Positions 18,894-29,000 of a stretch of DNA of 64,000 nucleotides are shown piece by piece (the first letter of the stretch is position 1; each line of letters opens with the position of its first letter). The position numbers and the translations under genes are program-made. The DNA is from Candidatus Undinarchaeales archaeon (GTDB lineage Archaea; SpSt-1190; JASMDC01): contig JASMDC010000016.1 in the NCBI GenBank assembly GCA_030753015.1, positions 10,773 to 74,772 of the forward strand, written 5' to 3'. Below the pieces are notes generated by a model that saw only the letters and a program-made list of their open reading frames with translations, was not told where the DNA came from and ran no database searches.

Positions 18894-20888
18894 ATGTTAC
18901 ATAGAGCTCGTTTGCTCATGGTAGTCGTCATGGTCGCGTGCGTCCTGTCGGTCGCACCCAATTACGGGGACAACGACTTTCCCGTCGCACCGTTCACGGA
19001 ACAGCCGACCTGTGGTAAGGAGCTCTGTATCGTATGGAATTGCGCTTCGACCAAGCTCCCTGCAACCAACGATTACCTCACATGTTCAGAGTGGGCCTGC
19101 ACGAAGATGAACGATCGGGTATGCGCACGATGGGAGTGCCTCACCGTTGATGTTCCCGGCTCGGACGACCAGACCTGTGCTTCGTTCAACTGCACGGAGT
19201 CCAAGGATGGACGATGTGTCGATTGGGATTGCACCGACACCGACCTCCCATCGACAAACGACCGCGATACATGCAGCGAGTACCGGTGCGAACGGATCAT
19301 CGACGGTACCTGCAGGGTATGGAGATGCACAGTCGCGCCCTTTCCCGTGGACATCGAGGCCCCGCCCAACAGGCGCCCCAACTCACGACAAGCATGCTCT
19401 CGGTTCGATTGCACTGTCTGGGACGGTGACCGATGCTTTTCGTGGACCTGCACTTACTCTATCGGATATCAATCCTGTTCCAAGCTTGACTGCGTCTCCC
19501 GTCATGGGACCTCCTGTGATGCCTGGAACTGTACCGAGATGGATGTGCCGGGCCATGGTGGATACGAGGCGTGCGCCACATGGGAATGCGGGGCATGGGA
19601 CCGTATCACCTTGAACACCACATGCTCGGGCTGCACCGAGCACAACCACTGCGAATCAGGCTGCTGCCTTCTCGGCGAGTGCATCGATAAGGTCGCCGAT
19701 CCGGACAAGGACCGTTCCACATGCATCTGCTCAGGAGGTACGTGGAAGGACGAGAAGTGTTGCGGTGACGATCCCGGGGAGAGCTGGTGCTCCAGCGAGG
19801 GTGCATGCATCTCAGCGAACTGGGTCCCCGGAACGGACAGCGAGTTCTATTGCTCTCAGTGCAAGAAGGGCTCATGGAACGAGGACCGATGCTGCGTCGA
19901 TGACGAGAGCTGGTGCGGGCGTTGGGGGCGATGCCTGTACGGGACATGGCTGCCGTTGTGCAAGCAGTGCTACAGTTGCAAGAACGGAGTATGCATCTAT
20001 ACCTGCAAACCGACGGTCCAGAACGGCGACAAGAAACCTGATGATTGCATCTCCCTTGGCGGTATCTGGCGTGATGGGAAGTGCTGTGGCGACGACAAGG
20101 ACGCGGACGGGTACGGTGAGAGCTGGATCGGAACGACCGGTGAGTGTCGTGGTGGGTTCTGGTTCGAGCTCTCTGACAACCAGTTAAAGGGCCGCCTTGA
20201 AGAGGAGCGGGATAAGGAGGAGGCATCACGCAAGTTCTCAGTCCCTGAGAGCGTGCTCGTGCTCCTCGTAGTCGTGGGTTGCGGTAGCTTCCTCTACTTC
20301 TTCAATAAGCGATCGGATGACGCGGAACCCCCACCAGAACCGGGTCTCCTACCCACGCTCGAGGACGAGGGAACACCGAGCGAAGAGGCCGCGATCGATG
20401 ACGAGGACATCATTGATATGGACGAGTTCGAGGAGGAGTTCGGCGATGGTGCCGGTGGAGAAGACCAGGAACTCGAGAAAGAGGGCCAGCCTGAATCCGA
20501 AGAGGGTGAGCGCGATCTCAGCACTGACGAGATGCTCGGCGAGTTCGAATCAGAGGTTACAGAGGATGAGGATGAACTCCTCAAGGATGTAGATGAGCTC
20601 GAAGAAGGTGAAAAGCCTGAAGGGAAAGCGCCCTCATCAGCAGAGGAGGATGCGGCCACTAAGGATCCCGACGAGGACCTCTTCGCAGACCTGGGCTTCG
20701 ACGGCTACGGAAACGAGGGAGGAAGGCCTTCTCCGCGCGCTACCCGAGGATACACTGATCCCCGCGTATCGGAGCTGCAAGCCAAGCTAGACAAACTCGA
20801 CACACAGCTGGCGAAGGGGAAACTGAGCCCGGAACTCCACAATAAGATGCGGGAACGGGCCGAGAAAGAGCTCTCTGACCTTTCCTAG
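18894..20888 (+). CDS. Cysteine-rich single-pass membrane protein with acidic cytoplasmic tail and SHOCT-like C-terminus
   Basis: Signal peptide, 12 CxxWxC-type motifs, CCGDD-type repeats, TM (VLVLLVVVGCGSFLYFF), D/E-rich tail, LDKLDTQLAKGKLSPE. Confidence 0.85.
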   Translation: MLHRARLLMVVVMVACVLSVAPNYGDNDFPVAPFTEQPTCGKELCIVWNCASTKLPATNDYLTCSEWACTKMNDRVCARWECLTVDVPGSDDQTCASFNCTESKDGRCVDWDCTDTDLPSTNDRDTCSEYRCERIIDGTCRVWRCTVAPFPVDIEAPPNRRPNSRQACSRFDCTVWDGDRCFSWTCTYSIGYQSCSKLDCVSRHGTSCDAWNCTEMDVPGHGGYEACATWECGAWDRITLNTTCSGCTEHNHCESGCCLLGECIDKVADPDKDRSTCICSGGTWKDEKCCGDDPGESWCSSEGACISANWVPGTDSEFYCSQCKKGSWNEDRCCVDDESWCGRWGRCLYGTWLPLCKQCYSCKNGVCIYTCKPTVQNGDKKPDDCISLGGIWRDGKCCGDDKDADGYGESWIGTTGECRGGFWFELSDNQLKGRLEEERDKEEASRKFSVPESVLVLLVVVGCGSFLYFFNKRSDDAEPPPEPGLLPTLEDEGTPSEEAAIDDEDIIDMDEFEEEFGDGAGGEDQELEKEGQPESEEGERDLSTDEMLGEFESEVTEDEDELLKDVDELEEGEKPEGKAPSSAEEDAATKDPDEDLFADLGFDGYGNEGGRPSPRATRGYTDPRVSELQAKLDKLDTQLAKGKLSPELHNKMRERAEKELSDLS

Positions 20889-20957
20889 GTACGGAAGACG
20901 CGGTCTTAGGTTCATTTTATAAAATATACCCCCGGATACTTGTATCGGTGGTATGCA

Positions 20958-21323
20958 ATGGCTGAGACCGTTAAATTATCGATACTCTACAGCGTTGTCG
21001 TGAGCGGTATCCTTGTACTGGCCTTCGTCATCGCTTCGTTCTACGTCCCGCTCCTCGAGCTGGACCCTGAGAAGTTCATCGTGAACCTGCAGACGAACCA
21101 GTTCATCATCTCGTTCATCTTCGACTTCGTTTCGCTGGCTGCAGTGGCTCTCGGATTCGCCTCCCTCCTCCAGATCATGGAGAACGTGGAGACCGAGCTC
21201 GTCGATGGTCTTCTCGCGATCGCCCGGACAACGGCCCGGACCGCGGAGAACATCAAGGAGATCAAGGCCAAGAGCGAGGCACCGGAAAAGAAGGATAAAC
21301 CGAAGAAGGACAAGAAGGAGTAA
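20958..21323 (+). CDS. Small 2-TM membrane protein
   Basis: Two hydrophobic helices and a Lys-rich tail; TTTTATAAAA upstream. Confidence 0.75.
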   Translation: MAETVKLSILYSVVVSGILVLAFVIASFYVPLLELDPEKFIVNLQTNQFIISFIFDFVSLAAVALGFASLLQIMENVETELVDGLLAIARTTARTAENIKEIKAKSEAPEKKDKPKKDKKE

Positions 21324-21346
21324 CAACTCCTACGGTTGGTGGTGGC

Positions 21347-21664
21347 ATGGCAACACGGACTAAACTCTCCTACCTCTACAGTATCGCCGTGAGCGCAATG
21401 CTCATATTCGCCGCTGTGATAGCGTCGAGCTTCCTCTCGTTCTCCGGTACTGACGTTGAATCCTTCATAACCGAGCTCTACTCCAACGCGCTCATCCTCA
21501 TCCTCATCGGGATCATCGCCGCTATTGCGGTGATCTCCCTTGGTTTCTCGTCAATGATCACGCAGTCGGAGCGCTCAAACGGCGACCTCTGCGCTCGCCT
21601 CGATGCGATCGAGCACCAGCTCGAGAAGATGAACGAACCGGAAGAGGACGCCAAAAAGGATTAA
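21347..21664 (+). CDS. Small 2-TM membrane protein, paralog of the preceding gene
   Basis: KLSYLYSIAVS versus KLSILYSVVVS; LGFSS versus LGFAS. Confidence 0.75.
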   Translation: MATRTKLSYLYSIAVSAMLIFAAVIASSFLSFSGTDVESFITELYSNALILILIGIIAAIAVISLGFSSMITQSERSNGDLCARLDAIEHQLEKMNEPEEDAKKD

Positions 21665-21689
21665 AGCTCTAACCTCTGCATCACTTGCG

Positions 21690-23882
21690 ATGTACAGGAG
21701 AGAAGCGCTCTTCATCATGCTTCTCCTATCGATGCTCATTTCAGCGACCGAGATCGACGTCGTTGATCCTGAGCCCGTCGAGACAGGCGTCATCATCGCT
21801 CAGGAAGGCGAATATCTGGATGTGAGGGAAGTAGTCACCGTCCATGGATCGGCCGGCAAAAAGGTCGCGTTCACGGTCCCGTCCCTCATCTCAGAGGGAC
21901 CCGACCTTGTACTCGATCCAACTGCGCTGCCCGCCAACACATCCTCGCTCGTCACGCTCGAGGCCTACTCTTGTCCCACTGCGCCCGTACACTCCTTCCG
22001 CACACTCGACGGTTGCCGACGTCGTGATCCCACGAGGGTCACGGGCAGGCTCCTTAGCGTCGGTGACGGGACGGTCGTGGAAGAGAACGATACTGGTGAT
22101 AGGTTCCTCCTACTCACGACGGAAGAGGAGAGCCTGGTGTTCAGGTACCGTGTGCTCCTTGACCCGCTCGTCACGGACCTCGACCCTTCGTTCCAGTTCG
22201 TGAAGCCCTATCTCAAGAGCGCCGATACCTTCGACCTTCGGTTCGAGAACACACCTTGCTCCACATGGACCCTTCTCACCCATACGGTGGCTTCGGAGGA
22301 CGATGTCGCAACGGAGGACGGTCCGGGACTTCTCCGGCTCTACGGCACAAGGATGACCGGGGGCTATCTGGTCAAGCTCGGTCTTATCTCATGCGCGACG
22401 CTACAGGAGTACTTCAAGCAGCAGTACCTCGTCCATGTCGACGAGCCCGCCGTCCGCGAGCTCGCCACGACCATCGCTACCAACGCCAACTCATCCAGTA
22501 TCGAGCGCCAGGCCGAGGAGCTCTTCTACTATGTGCGGGACACGATCAACTACAAGAGGGACCGCTTCGCTCCCGGACAGGACTTCCCGGAGAGTCCCCG
22601 TCAGACGCTCGAGACGAAGCTTGGCGACTGTGAGGACATGTCCATCCTTCTTATCTCGATGCTCCGTACGATCGGGCTCGATGCTAGATTGGTGCTCATG
22701 GACCTAGACCGTTCAGGCACGGACTTCACGATACGGGAACTGATGGAAGGGAACTCGCTCACCTTCAACCATGTGGCAGTCATGGCGAGCTTCGGGCCCG
22801 ATGGCCGGTTCGACAGGTCATCGGCCAAGATCATGGACGCCACCTGTAAGGAGTGTCTGTTCGGCGAAGCTACGGTCGAAGGTGTGCCATCCCTCGTCAT
22901 CGACAGCGATGATGTGATATTCCCCATCCGCTCTTCCGGAGAGTGCGAGGGTATGAAGTGCGGTACCCGATGCTACTCCGGGCTCGGCCGGTGCTGTTCG
23001 GACTGGGACGGTGAGGAATGGCGTCCTAACCAAGAGTGCTGTAATTCAGCCGATTGCCTGGGCAACTCCCTCTGCGAGAACGGTCAATGTGCGGTATGCG
23101 ACGGACGCATCTGCGGTGGAGTGTGCTACTCACGAAAGGACCACAAGCGTCCCTGCTGCTCGCACCTCGACTGCGGTACCTTCGAATGGTGTGAGCAGTA
23201 CAGCTGTACGCTCGACAACTCGCGGCTCACGACCGTCGGTGCGGGACTGCTCGGGTTCATCGTCCTTTTCCTTGTGTACAGGCTTCTCAGGCGGACCACG
23301 TGCCCACATTGCGGTGCGCACATACCCGCCCGCTCGAGCTTCTGCACAGCATGCGGTGACGAGATACTCTCATCTGAGGAAGAGGAGCGTCGTGCAGAGG
23401 TTGACGCCATCAAGCGATACGCTGTACAGGCCCGCAAGCGGGGAGCGTCCTTCGACACGATCGCCGACCGCCTCCTGGAACGGGAGTACGAAACGGACGT
23501 GGTCGACCTCGTCCTCGGCGATGTACGTAATGAGGAAAGCCGCCCCAAACGCAAGCCGAAAAAGAAGAGCAATAGCGGCCTCGACGAGGCCATGCAGTAC
23601 GTGCTCGCCCGGCGTGAGGAGGGTTTCTCCGACGAGGCGATCCTGCACTCCCTCGAGCAGCGAGGCTATCAACCGGACGTCGTGTCCAAGGCCATGTCAG
23701 ACGAAGGCCAGGTGGATCGGATCCGTCGCTACATCGCTTCTCGCAGGGAGGAAGGCTTCTCGGAACGCGAGATCCAGGAGGCGCTCGCACACGCCGGCTA
23801 CGCCGCCCATGATGTAAGGGAGGCACTCGCTCCACTCACCAAGGGACCGAGCACCGACGACACCTTCAACGAACTTTCGTGA
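21690..23882 (+). CDS. Exported transglutaminase-like domain protein with Cys-rich region, TM, zinc ribbon and C-terminal helical repeats
   Basis: Signal peptide; GDCED / NHVAV / MDAT triad motifs; TM; CPHCG...CTACG; three YxxxxRxxGxS repeats. Confidence 0.85.
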   Translation: MYRREALFIMLLLSMLISATEIDVVDPEPVETGVIIAQEGEYLDVREVVTVHGSAGKKVAFTVPSLISEGPDLVLDPTALPANTSSLVTLEAYSCPTAPVHSFRTLDGCRRRDPTRVTGRLLSVGDGTVVEENDTGDRFLLLTTEEESLVFRYRVLLDPLVTDLDPSFQFVKPYLKSADTFDLRFENTPCSTWTLLTHTVASEDDVATEDGPGLLRLYGTRMTGGYLVKLGLISCATLQEYFKQQYLVHVDEPAVRELATTIATNANSSSIERQAEELFYYVRDTINYKRDRFAPGQDFPESPRQTLETKLGDCEDMSILLISMLRTIGLDARLVLMDLDRSGTDFTIRELMEGNSLTFNHVAVMASFGPDGRFDRSSAKIMDATCKECLFGEATVEGVPSLVIDSDDVIFPIRSSGECEGMKCGTRCYSGLGRCCSDWDGEEWRPNQECCNSADCLGNSLCENGQCAVCDGRICGGVCYSRKDHKRPCCSHLDCGTFEWCEQYSCTLDNSRLTTVGAGLLGFIVLFLVYRLLRRTTCPHCGAHIPARSSFCTACGDEILSSEEEERRAEVDAIKRYAVQARKRGASFDTIADRLLEREYETDVVDLVLGDVRNEESRPKRKPKKKSNSGLDEAMQYVLARREEGFSDEAILHSLEQRGYQPDVVSKAMSDEGQVDRIRRYIASRREEGFSEREIQEALAHAGYAAHDVREALAPLTKGPSTDDTFNELS

Positions 23883-23889
23883 GCAAGCC

Positions 23890-25161
23890 ATGCGCGTCGC
23901 CATCGAGACATTCGGGTGCACTGTCAATCAGGCGGACAGCGAGATGATCGCACGTCTTCTTGAGGAGGCAGGTCACAAGCTCGTGGACCTTGCGTCCGCG
24001 GATGCCGTCGTCGTGAACACGTGCTGCGTCAAGTCCGCTACCGAGCGAAAGGTGCTCAAGCGTCTTGCTGCCATCCCGGTCCCAGTCGTCGTCACCGGGT
24101 GCCTTCCCAAAGCGGACTCCGAGGCGGTCCTTGCCGTACGGCCGGACGCTGCCCTTGTAGGTCCCCGTGAGCTCGACCTGGTACCTGCAGCCCTCGCCTC
24201 ACTGGGTACTTCGTCCCCTTCGCGTGCGCTGGAGCATCGTCGCTTGGACAAGGCGGGGCTCGGCAAACGTCGGACACCCGGCATCACGGCACGCATCCCC
24301 ATCGCCGAGGGATGCCTGGGCGCCTGCACCTATTGCCAGACCCGGATCGCCCGTGGACCGCTCTTCAGTTTCCCGCACGATGGACTTGTCGAGGAGGCCC
24401 GTCGCGCCGTTGAGGCAGGATGCCGTGAGCTCTGGATCACCGCGCAGGACACGGCCGCCTATGGTGCCGACACAGACGACTCTCTAGCGAGCCTTATTGC
24501 AGACATCGCGGCCATCGATGGCGAGTTCCGCATCCGCATCGGCATGTGCAATCCCGATCTCATCGCCTCACAGCTCGAGGATATCCTCAAGTGCATGAGC
24601 GGGACCAAGGTCTACCGTTTCCTACACCTCCCAGTACAGTCCGGGAGCGACCGGGTACTCGCCCATATGGGCCGCAGGTACACCCGTGAAGGGTATCTCG
24701 ACATCGTCAGGAGATGCCGGGAGACCGTCCCCGACATCCTGCTCGCCACCGACGTCATCGTGGGCTATCCGACCGAGAGCGAGGACGACTTCGATGACAC
24801 GCTCGACCTGCTCCGCCTCGCACGACCCGATATCGTCAACATCACTCGTTTCAGCCCTCGTAGAGGCACGCCCGCAGCAGAGCTCAGAGCGCTTCATGGT
24901 CGCATCCTCAAGAGTCGTTCACGCCGTACCGCCGAGCTGTTCCAACAGATGCAACGTGAGGCGAACAAGGGCAGAGTAGGGACCACTGTACGGGCTCTCG
25001 TGCGTGAAGAAGGCAGGAAAGGAGGTATGCTCGCTCGGACCGACAGCTACCGTCTCGTGGCCGTCCCTTACGGTACGCTCGGTACCTGGACGGTGGTCCG
25101 TGTCACCGGCTCGACGCCCACGTACCTCATAGGCGAGCCCCTCGAGGATGAAAAGCCTTAA
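23890..25161 (+). CDS. mtaB: tRNA t6A37 methylthiotransferase (archaeal MtaB/CDKAL1-type radical SAM)
   Basis: ETFGCTVNQADSE, NTCCVK, GCLGACTYC, HLPVQSGS, C-terminal TRAM domain. Confidence 0.85.
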   Translation: MRVAIETFGCTVNQADSEMIARLLEEAGHKLVDLASADAVVVNTCCVKSATERKVLKRLAAIPVPVVVTGCLPKADSEAVLAVRPDAALVGPRELDLVPAALASLGTSSPSRALEHRRLDKAGLGKRRTPGITARIPIAEGCLGACTYCQTRIARGPLFSFPHDGLVEEARRAVEAGCRELWITAQDTAAYGADTDDSLASLIADIAAIDGEFRIRIGMCNPDLIASQLEDILKCMSGTKVYRFLHLPVQSGSDRVLAHMGRRYTREGYLDIVRRCRETVPDILLATDVIVGYPTESEDDFDDTLDLLRLARPDIVNITRFSPRRGTPAAELRALHGRILKSRSRRTAELFQQMQREANKGRVGTTVRALVREEGRKGGMLARTDSYRLVAVPYGTLGTWTVVRVTGSTPTYLIGEPLEDEKP

Positions 25162-25191
25162 AAGCGCAGCAGGCTCGCCAGTCATACCGAG

Positions 25192-26010
25192 ATGTCGCGC
25201 GAACGCACGTCCTCCAAGCGTCGGAAACGTACTAGGTCCGGAAAGAGTACCGGCAAGGTGTACGAACACACACTCATCTTCGTCATCCGGGACGTGCATG
25301 GCTACATCGACCGATTAAGACAGGTGCTTGAGCTGGCCGGGGCCGAGGGCGCCAACGTGCTCGACATAGGTGGCGACTTCACGAACTTCGGTGACCGATC
25401 AACGCTCGAGGACGTCCTCGCGTCCATTCCCAGTGATCGCAGTGTCGTCGTTGTCCACGGGAACCACGATCCACCCGACCTCGTCGAGACCGTCCCACGG
25501 TATCTTCACGGGACCGCACGCAGCATCCGTGGGCTCTGGTTTCTGGGCCTGGGCGGTAGCAATCCTATCGGTTTCTTCCCCGCTGAGCACACGGAGGAGG
25601 ACCTCGCCGGATTACTCACCGGTGGGCTGGAGAAGGTACCGAACGATGCACCACTGGTGGTAGTGTCCCATGTACCCCCACACGAGGTCCATGACTACGT
25701 TCCTTTCGTCGCCCGACACGTGGGCTCCACCGCCCTGCGGCAGTTCATCGCTGAGCGTCGGCCGATGCTGGTCACCTGTGGCCACATCCACGAGTCGTTC
25801 GGTTGGACGGCGTTCCACATCACGAAGAAAGGCCTCAAGGACGTCGAAACGGGCACATCGGTCCGGATCGGCAAGGAGGCGGACACCGTGGTCATAAACG
25901 CCGGCAGCCTCCGTGACCGGCGCTACGGCGTGGTGCTCATCGAAAGGACCGCCGAGGGGATCAGGGTCACACCCGAGGTCCGGCTGTTGCCCGATGACGG
26001 CCGGTTCTAG
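25192..26010 (+). CDS. Calcineurin-like metallophosphoesterase
   Basis: DVHG, GGDFT, GNHD, SHVPP, CGHIHE. Confidence 0.88.
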   Translation: MSRERTSSKRRKRTRSGKSTGKVYEHTLIFVIRDVHGYIDRLRQVLELAGAEGANVLDIGGDFTNFGDRSTLEDVLASIPSDRSVVVVHGNHDPPDLVETVPRYLHGTARSIRGLWFLGLGGSNPIGFFPAEHTEEDLAGLLTGGLEKVPNDAPLVVVSHVPPHEVHDYVPFVARHVGSTALRQFIAERRPMLVTCGHIHESFGWTAFHITKKGLKDVETGTSVRIGKEADTVVINAGSLRDRRYGVVLIERTAEGIRVTPEVRLLPDDGRF

Positions 26011-29000
26011 CGCTGCCAGCCACTACGGCCCTGTTGCTGATAACCTTCACCGTAGTACTGGCCATGGCCGTACCGTCCCATGGCGGCCTGCTGGCCTGGC
26101 GCCGTCTGCTGCGGGACACTCCCGTACTGGTCGGTGAGCCGTTTCTCCTCCTTCCGACGCTTGTACAGGTCCAGACCCTTGTACAGGGTCCCCACGAGCA
26201 CGATTGGGAGGAACAGGATCTCCAAGAGGTCCTTGAAGGTTGACATCCAGAGCATCGTGTCGAGCATGGACCTGGCCTCGACCTCGACGACCAAGGTACG
26301 CACCACCTCGGGCCCCTGCTCTCGCTTAATACGGACCGTCACGGTGTGATTGCCCGGTTCCTTGGCCCGGACAGTGAAGCTGTAGGGGAAGGGCGTGTCC
26401 GGTTTGAGGAGCACGCGCGGCAGGTCGGTGGCCGCGACCACTCCCGCAGGCCCCTCGACCGAGATCGAGACGTACTCGTCGGCCTCCCCCACGTTGCCCA
26501 CGAAGATGGAGACGCTCTCTTCACCCTTGCCGCCCTCTCTCTGTGAGAGCGTGACGACCTCATTATCCTCTCCCAGCTTGATACTGACATCGCACGAGCA
26601 GTCCGGTGAGTTGGAGCAGTGCTCGCCCACCTCGGTGTCGCACCGCCCGTTCTTCGCGCACTGGTCGACGGTGCAGTCCTGGCGACAGATGGCGCACTCG
26701 TTCAATTTATCGCTCTGCTCGCACGTCCCGTCACCGCACGCGGGAACGCACTTCAAGGTGTCCCGTTTGCACCGTTGGCCCTCTGTGCATCCACAGTCCA
26801 CGCAGCATGCGTCGCCGCTCTCGTAGCTCGTGCAAACACCATCGCCGCAGATTGGGATGCATACACCCGCCGGGCACTCGTAGCTACCGAGGCAACCGCA
26901 GTCGATACAGCAGTCCTCCCAACCCTCGTCATCAGTGCACACGCCATCACCGCACCTTGAGACGCATCCGTCCTCGGTGCATGTGTAGCCGTCGGGGCAC
27001 CCGATGTCCTCGCAGCAGGTCTCTACCGTCTCCCCTGCAACGATCATCCCGTCGTCGCACACGGGACCGCACCTTCTTCCCGTGCAGGCGAACCCGTCGT
27101 CGCACCCACAGTCGTCGCAGCAGGTGACGCTGTCCTCACCCGCCTCGCACGCGTCGTCCCCGCAGAAGGGCGCCACGCAGCCGACGAGATCGGCCCCCTC
27201 GCGCTCCGGTCCACAGATCAGACCGGTCGTGCACGAGCAGTCCCCGGGTGCCGAGGCACAGGTCTCCCGGTGGAACACCGAGCACTCACCGTCACCGACA
27301 CAGTCGCCCTCGCCGCAGTCCAGGCATCTACCGGCGCACTCGCCCTCGCCAGGCTCGCACACGCCGTTGCCGCACTTCTCGTTGTAGCACCCCGTCTCGG
27401 TGGCCTCCTCGTGGTCGGGCCGGCACTCCCAGCCTGCAGGACATGCGCACTGCCCGGCGGTGTTCTCGCAGTTCTCTCCCACAGGGACGTTGCACTCAAT
27501 GTCCTGCAGACAGGTCGTGATGTTGCAGTCCATGCAGCCGGCGGTGCATTCTCCCTGGGATATGTCGCACACACCGTCACCGCACCGGCGGACGTAGCAC
27601 CCGGCGTCGTTCGCACGCGGATCGAAAGGACCGCACACCTCACCCTCACCGCACCGGCAGTCTAGCGAGATGGTACAGTCCTCACCCGAGAGGATGTTGC
27701 ACCCGGGATCAGCAGAGCATACCATTGCGTTGCATCCGTCGCACCCGAGAACGCACTCGTTCAGTAGTACGTTCTTCTTGGTAGCGGCGTCGGTGAGGTT
27801 CATGTCGCAGACGCTGTCGTCGCAGGTCGGTTTGACGCATCCGCTGCCGTCGGTCGAGCGCGGATCGCCGGGCATGCAGACCTCGTCCAGGGCGCAAGCA
27901 CAGTCGGCTGACGTGTCGCACCGCTCACCGGACGCAGGGGTGCAGGTATCGTCCTGCCCGCACAACTCTAGTGTGCATCCCTTGCAACCCCTAGCGCACT
28001 CGTCGAATGTCAGATCCTTCCCAAGGAAGATGTCCTGGACGGTCATGTCACAGTAGGTGTCGTTGCAGCTCACCGCAAAGCATCCCCGGTAGTCAGCTCT
28101 CGGGTCCTGGGGATTGCACACCTCGCCCTCATCGGTGGAACAGGTGCAATCGTCCGAGCTGTCACAGTACTCGTCCAGAGCGTTCTCGCAGACACCGTCT
28201 CCCTTGGTATCATCGCACACTCTATTGCGGCAGACGAAGCTCTTTCCGAACATGGAGCGGCACTCCGTGGCGTTGTCACAGCCTCGGCACCCGGCTGCCG
28301 TCGAGCAGAACGGGATCGAACCTCCGCAGGGGATACCATGGGGGACGCACGCCTCGTTCTCACAGGAATAGGTCACATGGGAGTAGAACCCGCCCACGGA
28401 GTTATAGTCGCACAGCCCACCGCAGTCATCATCCTTCGTGCAGGACACGCAGCCCTTTGCTGGCATGCACGAGTGCCCCTTCGCACTGCAATCGCTCCAC
28501 TCGGCCTCCTCGCACGCACCCGCCCTGCACGTGAAGGTGACGAACTTGTCGCTCTTCTCCCCCAGGCATTTCGGGGCGCATGCTCCACCGGGCGATATCT
28601 GACAAACACCATCCGCGTCACAGGTGCCGGGGACATCGCCCTCGCAGCATCCTGCCACGGACGAAGCGCAGTACAATGATGCCTTGGTCGCGTTGCATGC
28701 AAGCGTACCAGCGCATTGCCCCGCGCCGCACGGATCATCGGGCGCGCCCTCGGTGAGGCAGGACCCGCCGCAGCATGTGCCGGCAAGGATGCTGTCCGCA
28801 TGGACGACACGGCATGAGTCCCCATCTATCAGTTCGGTGCATGAAGGGCAGTCGCCAGCGAGGCATTCAGTCGTGACTATGGAGACCTCTACTCCACCGA
28901 CGGACAGACAGGCCCCGACATCCTCGGGAGAGATGGTCAGTGTGGTGCCCGTGTAGTTCAACGTACGGGTCGTTGCGCCGCAGGTTACAGTGGATGTATC

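Larger units (their letters stand above)
16973..18896. mobile_element. Putative non-autonomous mobile element bounded by imperfect 24-bp inverted repeats and carrying two DUF1670-like genes
   Basis: Left end CATTCTCCTAAACCGCCATTTGTC (16973-16996) versus reverse complement of the right end CATTCTCAGATACCGCCAAATGTC (18873-18896): 19/24 identical. No intact transposase and no clear target-site duplication. Confidence 0.6.

Noticed and set aside
16960-18905. Classical target-site duplication around the DUF1670 element
   Set aside because: Bases flanking the repeats (..TCTCC / TTACA..) differ. The only direct repeat, ATGTT, overlaps the right repeat, so it is not called a TSD.
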